Shown here in pieces: positions 13,093 through 24,079 of a stretch of DNA of 64,000 bases (positions within the stretch are counted from its first letter, which is position 1; every line of letters begins with the position of its first letter). Under the pieces are notes generated by a model that worked only from the letters and a program-made list of their open reading frames with translations, was not told the DNA's origin and searched no databases. This DNA comes from Vicugna vicugna (lineage: Eukaryota). The stretch lies in assembly GCA_013265495.1 (NCBI GenBank), contig MU058384.1, positions 2,044 through 66,043 on the forward strand, given 5' to 3'. The translations under genes were made by a program, and so were the position numbers.

Positions 13093-13774
13093 TTTTTTTT
13101 GTGTATACATACATATGTTCATTTTCATATTCTTTTTCATTAAAGGTTATTAGAAGATATTTAACATAATTCCCTGTGCTACACAGAAGAAATTTTTTGA
13201 ATCTATTTTTACAAACAGTGGCTGACATCTGTAAATCTCAAACTCCCAGTTTATCCCTTTCCACCCTCTTTCCCTGGTAGCCATAATATTGTTTACCATG
13301 TCTGCAAGTCTGTTTCTGTTTTGTAGATGAGTTCATAATGTCCTTTTTCCTTTAGATTCCACATATGTGTGATAGCATGTGGTATTTTTCTCTCTTTTTA
13401 GCTTACTTCACTTACAATGGTAATCTCTAAGTCCATCCATGTTGTTGCAAATGGCATTATTTTATTCTTTCTTATGGCTGAGTAGTATTCCATTGTGTAT
13501 ATATACCAAAATTTCTTTATCCGGTCATCTGCAATGGACATTTAGGTTGTTTCCATTTCTTGGCTATTGTATATACTGCTACTTTGAACATTGGGGTGCA
13601 TGTGCCTTTTCAAGTTAGAGACTTCTCCAGATATATGCCCAGGAGTGGGATTGCTGTATCATGTGGTAAGTCTATTTTTAGTTTTTTGAAGAATTTTCAT
13701 ACTGTTTTCCATAATGGCTGCACCAAACTACATTCCCACCAACAGTCTAGGAGGGCTCCCTTTCTTCCACACCT
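13093..13774 (-). mobile_element. 5'-truncated L1 3' end, same family as 11453-11985
   Basis: Poly-T at 13093-13100, then the reverse complement of the same L1 3'UTR and ORF2 end (ggacatttaggttgtttcc, cccaggagtgggattgctg). Confidence 0.9.
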
Positions 13775-14439
13775 TGAGAAGAGGTCTTTTTGAAACATAT
13801 TTAGGCTTCAAATAAATTATTAATTGATTATGGTGGCTGAGACTTTTTTTAGCTTTTTTTGTGAAAAAACCAGGTTGAGATGTATTTAGGGCATCTAAAG
13901 AAAAATATGAACAGGTATATCCCCAAGGAAAGGACTCAGCTGAAGTTAGAAAATTTGGAGTTATCTGTAATATGGTAAACAAATATGATGTCGTATTTGA
14001 AGATAAATAATGCCCAATTAAGACTAGAGGATTGTCAGTATCTAAATTATAGTTAAGAGAGCACAAGCTAGCGTGTGAGCCCAAGAAAAAACGGCCAAAG
14101 ATGCAGGGAAAAAGCCAGGTGAATAAAGAAAGAGAGCATTTCAAGGGAAGAGAGTCTTCAACTAACACAACTATTGTCATCACATTACTGATCACTATCT
14201 ATGTCATTTTATTCATTTATTTGGTTTTTTTGGTCATTCTCCCACTTACTAGAATATAAGCTTCATGAAGATAGGGGCCCATCACTTCTGTCCACTTATG
14301 TATTCTTTGTATCTAGTACGGAGGCAGGTATTCAAAACTGTTCGTTCAATCAAGATAAAAGAAAGTCATTTACAATGAGAACTGAAACATGTCTGTTGGA
14401 TTTACTATATAGCAGTTTTAGTGACTTCTTCAAGAGCTA

Positions 14440-14812
14440 TGTACTAGTCTGCTTGGGTTGCCAAAACAAAACACTACAGACTGGAAGACTTAGACAACAG
14501 AATATATTTCTCATAGTTTTGGAAGCAAGAAGTCCTAGGCCCAGGTACCAGTAGATCCAGTTTCTGATGAGATCTCTCTCTTACTGGCTGGTAGGCAGTC
14601 ACCTCACTGTGTCTTCACACAGCTCTTCTTGTGCATGTGTGGAGAGAGGGAGAGGGAGGCCCTCTAGTGTCTCTTATTCTGGGAACCCTGATTTGGTTGG
14701 ACTTATTTACCTTTAATTACTTCCTTAGAGACTCATCACCAAATACAACCACACTGGGAATGAGGGACCCCACATATTAATTTGGGGGGAGCACACACAT
14801 TCGTCCATGACA
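14440..14812 (-). mobile_element. MaLR solo LTR, MLT1A-like
   Basis: tgtactagtctgcttgggttgccaaaacaaaacactacagactgg ... aatttggggggagcacacacattcgtccatgaca. Confidence 0.8.
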
Positions 14813-14982
14813 CGCTGTAAAATACAGTAGTGGAAACTTAAGTGAGGTTGGAGTGAATTGTGTGTCAGAGAACATAATTAATCTCAGCAAAATATTAGCA
14901 AACCAAATTCAAGAACACATTAAAAAGATTATACACCATGGTCAACTGGGATTTATCCCTGGGATGCAAGAATGTTTCCACA

Positions 14983-15090
14983 GGGCTCGCTTCAGCAGCA
15001 CACATACTAAAATTGGACCAATACAGAGAAGATTAGCATGGCCCCTGCACCAGGATGACACACAAATTCATGAAACATTCCATATTTTTT
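14983..15090 (+). pseudogene. RNU6: Full-length U6 snRNA retropseudogene
   Basis: GGGCTCGCTTCAGCAGCACACATACTAAAATTGG...ACAGAGAAGATTAGCATGGCCCCTGCACCAGGATGACACACAAATTCATGAAACATTCCATATTTTTT. About 11 substitutions versus mammalian U6 by eye, 6 of them CpG>CpA. Upstream sequence is L1, with no PSE/TATA. Confidence 0.95.
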
Positions 15091-15128
15091 GACACAACAT
15101 TATACACTGACTATACTCCAATAAAAAA
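15089..15128 (+). mobile_element. L1 3'-terminal tail fused to the U6 copy
   Basis: ttgacacaacattatacactgactatactccaata matches 11932-11966 at 30/35 positions, then a short A tail. Confidence 0.85.
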
Positions 15129-18100
15129 GAATGGTTCAACGTATGCAAATCAATAAATGTTCACTACATCAATAAAATGAAAGGTAAAAATCACATGATT
15201 ATCTTAATAGCCGCAGAAAGGAGAATATCCCACCATTTGTGACAACACGGTGTGGCCTTGAGTACATTATGCTGAGCAAGATGTATCAGAAAGATAAAGA
15301 CAAGAACTGTATGTTATCATCTATGTGTGGAATCTAAAAAACTCAAACCTGTAAAAAAACAGAGTAAAATGGTAGTTACCACAGGATGCAAGGTAGAGGG
15401 TTAAGATTAGTGATGTTTAAGGGTACACACTTAGCAATGAATAATAAATAAGCCACACAGAGTCAATGTACAGCAAAGTATAGTGAATGTAGACAATAAT
15501 GTACCATAGTGATGTAATGTGATAAATATTGTTTCAATGGCAATCATATTACAACATATAAACATACCAAAGTGACATGCTGTACATCATTTACAAAATA
15601 CAACATGTCAGATTTATCAAATACATAAAGGAAAATGGAATTAACAACTTTCCATATGAGAAGTTTGGCTGAGAAGTTGCAGGGGGAGATGAAGCAAACG
15701 TTAGGAGTTGTACATTGAAGGTGTTTTTAAAATTTATTTCATGTGAGATATTTTCTGTTTGCTTATTTATTTTATATGAAAAAGACAAAAGGAAAGATGA
15801 GGTAGGAAGACAGAGGAGATGAAGAGGTGAAGGTAGGAGGTGAGAACAGGGACAATCAGTAGCAGGTGTTTTCTGAAAAGGCTGAAAGGGGCAAGATCCA
15901 AAGCACAGATGAGTACTTGGCTTTAGATGGGAAGATGTATGTTTTGTAACAGTTAAAAGGCAGAAGCAATTGGAAGCAGATGCAATGAGGTTTAGGGGTA
16001 GAAAGATAAAGAATTTCCATTGGATGGTTCCAATTTTCTCTTTAAAGGAGAAGATCTGGGCCTCTGTCAGGTGTTAAGTGGTGAGTGGTTCAGTGCGGAG
16101 AGAAGGGACAAACCAGGGAAATGCATCCGGGTCCTATGACACTGCATCCAGGTGCGTGGTGAGTGAGCACTAAGCGTGGTGGTCCCTGTGTGGTGCCTTG
16201 TGATGTGATGTCTTCTTGTAGTACCCAGCTTGGTGAGTAGAGACAAGAGAAATAGATGGTTCATTCAGAATGGTTGTTTGTTGTTTTTGCTTGCTTGTTT
16301 TCATATTCCTATATTTTCATTTGAGACAGGTTCAGAATTGAAAGGAAGAAAATTAGGAGACCAGAGTAGTGGGTGAATAGGTCTATTGGACTCATGTGGT
16401 TCCTGAGATTTTCTTTAAAATATCTAGAGCATTACAAATACCTAGGAAAGAATGTTAGATTGCATTTCAAAGAACATAGAAAAGAATAGTTGATTGTACC
16501 CTAAAATAGATCTTCTCTATTATCGGCTTACAGTATTTCGTTCTTTGGCTTCATAGCACTTAGCATTAATTATAATGTAAATTTATTTGTGTGTTTATTT
16601 GTTCAATGTCTGTATCTTCTAGTATGATAAACTTGTAACTGTAGCTATTTGTCTCTCTATTTAGTTGAACACTGCTGGTGCTTAATAGTATTTATTGCGT
16701 TGAATGTATAGAGTTCATGTAATAATTTTCCTCTAAATACTAGCGTAAGGTTCTGTTCATGTACAGGGGTCACTTCTTGTCTGCTAAACTGGTTTCAGAT
16801 TAGTGATTAATGAAAAGCCAGTAGGTTCTGGAATCTAAGTGATGCCAGATAAATTACATAAGCTCTCAGAGTCTCAGTTTTCTCATCTGTAGAAAACACG
16901 CATCAGAGAAGAAAAGCTTGCTATGTAAAATACTACAAATTGAAGCTACTTCTACACTTCAGGAAAGCAGGGGAATCTAACTCAGGGGAAAGTGATTATG
17001 AAAGAGTAGGCCCTGTTTAGTTTTAGTGAAATAAATTGAGAAAAGCAAGGATTTAATTATTCTGCATAAAAAAGAATTAAGAAATGGTGAGCAATCTAAT
17101 AGTCCCCAACAGAGTTGTTTCGGGGGAGGATCAGACAGGAAATACGATAAAAGACTTTGGGTGGAAGATGTGCAGCCCTGAAATGACAGCATTAGGGGAG
17201 GGCTATGGATCCCCAAGCCCGCCCTGGATTGTCCATGGCGGTGACGAGCAGCAACTTACGGGAGAGGAGTAGTAACTGACATACAATAGTCAATTTTGAA
17301 TGATTGCTTTTGTGTTTTGTAATTGCTCTTTCGTATCCAGAGAACCTAGATACTGTGTGTGTTTTGCCGCCCTAGGGAATTCAGGTGAAAAAGCCAGGAT
17401 TTTCTATGGAGTAAAGAGATGTCATGAGAAGATGATAGTCACAGGATTGGTGGAGAAACAGCCAGAAGTACTGCACGAAATTCTAATCAAGAGATTTATC
17501 ACACCAAACAAACCTTAGAAACCAAACACATATTGGGGAGGCCACTTGAGATCTCACCAACCATTAGGAGGGATAGCATAGGCTCGTATTATTTTATTTG
17601 ACGAGTTGAAGAACGATTTACCTCAGATTACTTTAGATTACAAGAAGTTCATAACCATCTACCATGGCAGAATTTGTGGCCGGGAACAAATAAGATAATG
17701 TCAGTGCAGCTGTTAGCACATGCAGCACCTTTGTGCAAATTAGAATTAAAAGCAAACTCTTTGGTGGATGAATTAGGAAAAGGTGCCAATTTTGATTGGA
17801 TACATCCTGCTGTAAAGGTACAGTCCCTGCCAGGGTGTGCAGATTTCCTTGCTCTGTGGCCAGGAACCTCTGTGTGGTGCAGACTGCACCAATTTTATAC
17901 AGCAGCCCTTGGATAATATAAGTGCCCTGTATACAGTAGGCATGTAACAAAGTGATAGTGATGCATCCTGGATTACATTAGACCACAATACTGCTCGTTT
18001 CTGGAAATTAGAGTAGATATGCTGAAGATAAAGGATTTTCGGTTTTCCCTCCAATGGATATAAATTCAAGTATGTGCGTGTGTTTGTATACGCGTGTGTA

Positions 18101-19049
18101 TCCATGCATGCACAAATGTACAGGTCCTCTGCTTACAAAGTTGTTTTTTGTTGTCTCTTTGAAGTTGCTGATGTCAAATGTATGTATCATAGGAAATTTG
18201 ATTTATCTCTACTAACTCTTTAAAATACAAATACATTCTACAGACTTTGTTTTAAAGAGGATCTCACAAGGTATCTTGTTTTAGTTTAAATGATCATCCT
18301 GGGATGGCTTCTCCTCTCTCACTACAGTCTCAGCTGCACAGATAGCTCAGGCTCCCAGAGCCAGCTGCCCTGAGGGTAGAATGTGAGCCTCTAATGTTTC
18401 ATTGTATTCCAGCCTCCTGCAGCTCTCCACAGGCTCCCCCACTGATTCTAGTGAATGGGTCTTCAGGTGGAGTTTTGACTCATGCTTTTCTGGCCTTGGG
18501 ATAAAACCGGGCGAGGGACAATTACACACATCTTTTCTAAAATATTGAGCTTCTCTACCCTAAATTCTTGTGCCCTTACTGCTTAATAGTTGACTATCTT
18601 AGCTATAATGTGGCTACATCAATCCTCTGCAGAATTAATGATGTTCTAATTGTACTGTTACCTGCCTTGACATATATTTTCCAATTCCCTCTTCTTGGAT
18701 TAATCTCCAGTTCTCCTAATTACTTGGTAAACTGAAATTTTTCAGGTGATGAATTGAACCAGCTTTCCTGATAGATAACACCAGACATTATTTATGTTCA
18801 ACCTTCATGTGCAGGACACAGATTTTGGAAATAAGTCTAACAGTTGATGGGAAATATGCTTCTGGCTACACATAAAAAAGCATCTAAATGCTTCTAAATG
18901 CTCATCCCGCAAGGTAGTAGGAATGATATCTGTTGAACTTGAACGGTAAATAATGGGATCATGGCATTTCAAAACATTAAAAACAAACATGATGACATTA
19001 TACAGTTTAAACAAGATAAACAAATTCTGTGTGTACAGTAATGAGGTGG

Positions 19050-19440
19050 ATATTGCTAGTTATTTATCCGGTATTGATTTCTTCTTCCTTTTCCGTAACA
19101 GAATGCTAATTTAGTTTATGTATGCATTTCTCTCCTACACTGTCTAAAGGAAATCCCAGCTCTCTTGCTGATGATCAGCTCAGGAGTAAGTTTGTGGTCC
19201 AATGTTGTCCAGTCAAATATGAGATTAGGTTTTCTGATTAGGTCTTTTAGGAAAGTTTTCCCTTAGTCTTAAGTCTCTGTAAATCAGTTCTCTCTCTCCT
19301 GAAAAATATGAGCGACTATATGAAGTTGCTGGCAGTCATTCTACAATCTGATTTTTCAGTGAGTCAGACAATTCAGACCTATCTCTGGACTTGGTCTCCC
19401 ATGAGCTAATATATTTCCTTACTGTTAAGTATGTCTGGTT
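19050..19440 (+). mobile_element. Old MaLR LTR, MLT1K/L-like
   Basis: cttcttccttttccgtaacagaatgctaatttag near the start and ctggacttggtctcccatgagctaatatatttcctt near the end. Confidence 0.4.
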
Positions 19441-19529
19441 CAGTGGGACTAACTCCAATGGCAATAAACACAATGTCACACAAATATATACATGGTAAAA
19501 AACTGATAAAAAGGATGGAAAAAAAACTG

Positions 19530-19815
19530 AACTAGGTGTGATAGAGAATTTAGTTTAGGGGTCAGAGAAATCCTCTTTGAAGAGATCCTGTTTAAGCTGA
19601 GATCCAAAGAACAATTTTACTAAGTAAAAATCAGGGAAAGGATATTCCATGCAAAGGCCCAGAGGTAGGAAATTTATTGGCAATTTTGAGAACTCAGAGA
19701 AACTTACTGTGACGCAATCAATCAAGTATCAGCAGTAAGCAGGGAAATAGGAAATTGGTATGAAATGAGGCTAGGAATATAAGTAATGGCCAGGTACTAC
19801 AGGATATTTAAAGTA
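19530..19815 (-). mobile_element. L2 fragment
   Basis: gggtcagagaaatcctctttgaag...tttaagctgagatcc...gcaaaggcccagagg. Confidence 0.5.
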
Positions 19816-19821
19816 TTGGAG

Positions 19822-20220
19822 TGTGAACGAAAAAATACTGCAAACCATATCAGTAAACAAAGAATGCTGAAACCATCATGTCATCAGTGGCTGCCTCCCT
19901 TCCCACTCCCCCCATCCCCGCCCAGTGAAGACAAGCCTGCAGCCCAGCCTCTGCAGCTCAGTGCACCCTGAGGGGACTCAGAATAAGAAAGGACAGAACA
20001 CTGGCCCTAGATAGCCAGGTGCTTGTCAAAGGAATGAATTCGATGAGCCCAAATGTTTGCTTCCTCCCATACATAGAAAAGCACTAAATTCTTTAACTTG
20101 AGATGCCTGGTTGTCTTGAGATGCCAGAGCGATGTGAGAGGCTGTCATCCCGGCTCGAGTCCTCCCGCCAAATAAAACATAACACTCAGCTTCTAGGCTG
20201 CGCATTTATTTCAGTCGATA
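19822..20220 (+). mobile_element. ERV1-class solo LTR (lineage-specific)
   Basis: Imperfect inverted termini (tgtgaacgaaaaaat / atttatttcagtcgata), AATAAA at 20171-20176, and 4-bp flanks ggag/gaag consistent with a decayed TSD. Confidence 0.6.
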
Positions 20221-20260
20221 GAAGGAAACATGAATTCAGTGAAATATCATAATATTTCAT

Positions 20261-20358
20261 TATGAAAATAATACATACATGTCTATGTATAACCGAATCG
20301 CTGTGCTGTACACCAGAAATGAATACAGCATTGTAAGTCAACTATACTTCAAGAAAAA
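20261..20358 (+). mobile_element. Very short L1 3' tail
   Basis: gctgtacaccagaaatgaatacagcattgtaagtcaactatacttcaa, homologous to 11916-11964. Confidence 0.75.
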
Positions 20359-21835
20359 TTATAAGGTTTTGTAAGTGTAATAGTGCTTTTCTTTTTCACA
20401 TTGTCCCTGGACCCACATTAATAACCACAACAGGGGGAGTGGGAGCCTTGGCAGGCATGACCGTGAGCAAGGAGGGGCAATGTGTCCCCACCCAGGTTCC
20501 CACTGTCGTCCTTCTCTGTTGGTGGAAACAGAATGGCCATATGTCACATTTTCTTTCTTTTGCAGCCATCTTAATTAGTTCAATTTTTAAATATGAGAAC
20601 CAATTTTGCCTGCCCAGTTTTTAGTTAACCTAAGTCAAAGGTTGCATTCAATTCCTGTGGGTTGTTTAGGTAAATAAGACAAAGATTTTTGTTATCTACG
20701 TTTAGTGATAAGCTTGGCTGTATCTTTTTATTAGCAACATACTAGAAGTATGTAACTATTGAGAACCCCCAAAGAACATGTAACTCAGAACAGTGAGCCT
20801 GCCTACTAATCTTTCTTGATCATTGTGCTTTTGTTAGCTTCGTGATTCACCTACCATGAGTACACCAGAATCCCCACAAAATACTGATGGGAAAGCAGAG
20901 GGAAATAAAACTAATGAGATTGGACCTAGAAGGATTTACATAGGTGAACGGCTCTTTCCTGAGTAGGTGACTAGAAGGAGTCTAAATCAAGGAGCATTGA
21001 AGAACAGACACTGGTCTATTCATAGCAGCTGAAATTAAGAGCACCTTGTTCTATTAACAGTAGATGAATTGAAGAAAGTCTATATTTGATGGGTGAAATA
21101 CAGTAGCCAGATTTCTCAGGGTGGCAACACAAAATTAAGTAGACAAGAATTTTATGATTTAGGGAAAACACAGATCATGGGGAACAGAGTATCCTCCCAA
21201 AGAGAAGATAATGTCAAAGTTTAGAGCGATTGACAAATAGGTTGAGAATCAGTCAAAGCTCCAGATCCAGTCGGAAAATAGAAAGGTAGTGAGAAACCGA
21301 CACATATACCCATTAAAAATAATAGGAACAGGAACAAATTGTAATTTCTTACTGGTTTCTTCATTAATCAATAAGTTAAATAAAATCTCTGAGACATGTT
21401 CAAAAATGTAGCAACCACAATAGAAGTACAACAACAAAAAAGCTGTTATCATCACCATTAATGTAACGAAAACTGTTAACATTCCCATTTTTCATACTAA
21501 GCACTTTGCAAACATTCTCTCTCTCATAACAGATCTATGTGGTGATGAGTGCTTACCTACCCAATATTCACTGAGAGGAAAAAAAAATCCGAAGTAAATT
21601 ATTATCTGAGGAATGTCCCTTATTACCTTACTGAGACAAAATCCACATAGTTTAACTATGTTATATGTATATTTTATACTTCCAGGCCAAAATAAAATCA
21701 GAATCAAAATTTTGAGAATTTACCTGTACCTCTGTGTTTCATAAATAATAACTTCTAGATGATGTCCTACAAGCCCTAAATCCTGAATTAACCCAGAGAA
21801 AGAACACTGGTATAGACTAAAGGCCTTATGTCCTT

Positions 21836-21952
21836 TTTTTGGAGGGGGGAGTAATTAGGCTTATATATTTATTTATTGGAGGTACTGGGGATTGAATCTA
21901 GGACCTCATGCATGCTAGGCATGCACTGTACCACTGAGTTATACCCTCCCCC
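21836..21952 (-). mobile_element. tRNA-Ala-derived camelid SINE (vic-1 type) with a perfect 15-bp TSD
   Basis: Reverse complement reads GGGGGAGGGTATAACTCAGTGGTACAGTGCATGCCTAGCATGCATGAGGTCCTAGATTCAATCCCCAGTACCTCC plus an AT-rich tail. TSD aggccttatgtcctt at 21821-21835 and 21953-21967. Confidence 0.9.
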
Positions 21953-22915
21953 AGGCCTTATGTCCTTGAGTCCAAAATTTTTGATAAAGATGTCACATAG
22001 ATTGACTAAATTCATTCATTATCAACTGACCAAGGATCACTAGGCACAAAAAATTTAGTGGACTCAGTATGGTAATGAGGAATAATAACAGTGATTAGAT
22101 ATTTATAGAGGGCTTGGCTTAGAAGACAAGTGAGAAAATTCTTAATTTTTATTCGGCAGCTCATATATTAGCTGTTAAAAAGGAATTTCCCAAATTTAAA
22201 ATTCCTTTAAAACAATGACTTAGTTCATTCATAACGGGTGCGCAAGGGAAATGAAATTATTCACAAAAACAGGAAGAGACAACCTGAGTCCAATGAACTG
22301 AATAAACTCCTGGCGCTTGAATCCATGCCAGGCTTGCTCTCATTTATGGTTTTTATTTTCCTTGGGCTCTCTTCCTGCTCCAGCAGAGTGTGGCTTTGAA
22401 ATTATAATTTCAAATGAAGCTAATAATAACATGTTTTGCTCAAGCTGCTTCTAGCAAAGTATAAGATCCCATGTTGATTTACCATTTGAGTCAGTGAAAG
22501 CCAAAAACAATCAGTATGACATAAAAGATAACTACATTTCCCTTTCAAATTTGCATATTGCTGGGGGAAGAGAGTCAAAATAATTTTCACATGTTTTCTG
22601 GTTGGGCAAATATATTTCAAGACTTTTTGCTTGAATTATATAGCAGCAGTAGCAACAGTGCATACCTTAATTCCATTTTGAATAGCGGGTGTAGTGCCCT
22701 TTAGGATGCAATGAAATGGTTAATTGGTTAGAGAGGTTTCAGAAATATATTCAGTAACTGACTTGTGGACAATTGCAAATAATCCATCATGAAGCATCCA
22801 ATTATTTTTTAAGTTACCCAAGTACTGTAGTCATGGATGAGTGAGCTAACAGAAGATATTGAAGAATAAATATTTGTCAAAAGAATTAAAACTATACATA
22901 AAATTATTGTTATTT

Positions 22916-23047
22916 ATTTTTTAGTTGTGGCAGAGGTAATTTGGTTTGTTTGTTTGTTTGTTTAGTTTTGGAGGAGGTACTGGGAATTGAACCCAGGATC
23001 TCATGCATGCTAAACCTATGCTTTACCATTTGAGCTATACCCTCCCC
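22916..23047 (-). mobile_element. tRNA-Ala-derived camelid SINE (vic-1 type)
   Basis: ggaggtactgggaattgaacccaggatctcatgcatgctaa...gagctataccctcccc, with a (GTTT)n-expanded tail. Confidence 0.85.
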
Positions 23048-24079
23048 TTGGTTTATTTATTTATCTACATTTATTCATTTATTTATTTGATGATGTCAAA
23101 AGGGCCAGAAAGTCACAGGTGGATCAGTCAGGGCATGAAGATTCAAGTAAATTTTATAATATGAAAATAGAATCCTGTTTAATTTACTGCTGTTCATGAA
23201 AACTATATAGTTTAACAACTCATTCTAATAACAAAACTCATATGAAAGCTCCTTCACTTCATATTCAGTTTAATATTTTTAACCACTAGAGCAGGCATTC
23301 CTTCATGTAATAATACAGTTTTACATTTACATAACACATATACCTACACATATACCTCCTCCTTTATTTTAATATTACTATGAACAATTGACATAGAAAA
23401 ATATTTTGCTGTATTTGGTTTTAAAGAAATAACCATTTCCCTGTCATTACTTATTTCCCATTTATAATCCACAGATACAAACCTACATAAAACTTGTGGC
23501 CCTTTTCTTGTGCATTTATCCTCTAGAGTCTCCACTCAGTATATGACCCAGTAGATTCAGGTGTAACTGTTCAATTAATTAGGAAAGATCCTCACTGAAT
23601 TAATAATTCTTTCCTTTTGATATCACTAGTTATGATGTGATTGTCTTTTGTAATACCTCTTTAAATGATGTTACAGTCTTAACTTCTTATAATCTGTGTC
23701 TCACATTCTGCTAAGTTTAGTTACATTTTGTTTTAAAATTTGCCAGGAAAGAGATCAATGTGTTTGCTCACAGAGTAATTTTTAGGATGGTCTGGAATGA
23801 TGTCTGAGATCTAATAAATTGAAGTGTAAAAGGGAGGCAAATGGAAATCCTGTGTTGAGAGCTTAAAAAATACAAATTTTGGAAAAATATAATTTAATGG
23901 CATATGGGAAAGAAAAATATTTAGGAACATATGATTTATTGTATGCTCCATTTGTGTTAACAGCGTGATGGCATTGCCAATAATGTTCATATGCTTTTAG
24001 GTTACCTTTGTAGACACAAAGGTGTTTTGGTTATCCTATACCTCAGTTCTGGAGGAATATCATTCCCAAATTAATCTAG

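Larger units (their letters stand above)
14880..15630 (+). mobile_element. Older L1 fragment (ORF2 RT N-terminal region joined to 3'UTR); host of the U6 chimera
   Basis: Encodes [27 protein letters not shown] and, after the insertion, WFNVCKSINV...KNHMIILIAAE, matching L1 ORF2p. Jumps at ~15220 to the ORF2 end and 3'UTR. Confidence 0.85.
11332..16260 (-). mobile_element. Long fragmented L2 hosting several younger insertions
   Basis: L2 tail cattcattcattc at ~11332. Colinear L2-like pieces at ~12640-13090, 13775-14180, 14355-14439, 14813-14875 and 15635-16260. Confidence 0.55.

Noticed and set aside
14983..15090. Functional U6 gene
   Set aside because: No upstream PSE/TATA (the flank is L1 ORF2), plus CpG decay, an L1 tail and a TSD.
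14853..15092. 79-aa ORF as a novel fusion protein
   Set aside because: It is decayed L1 ORF2 reading into the U6 retrocopy, with no promoter evidence.
17376..17384. 9-nt microexon-like ggaattcag
   Set aside because: Weak donor (gtgaaa) and no host gene evident.
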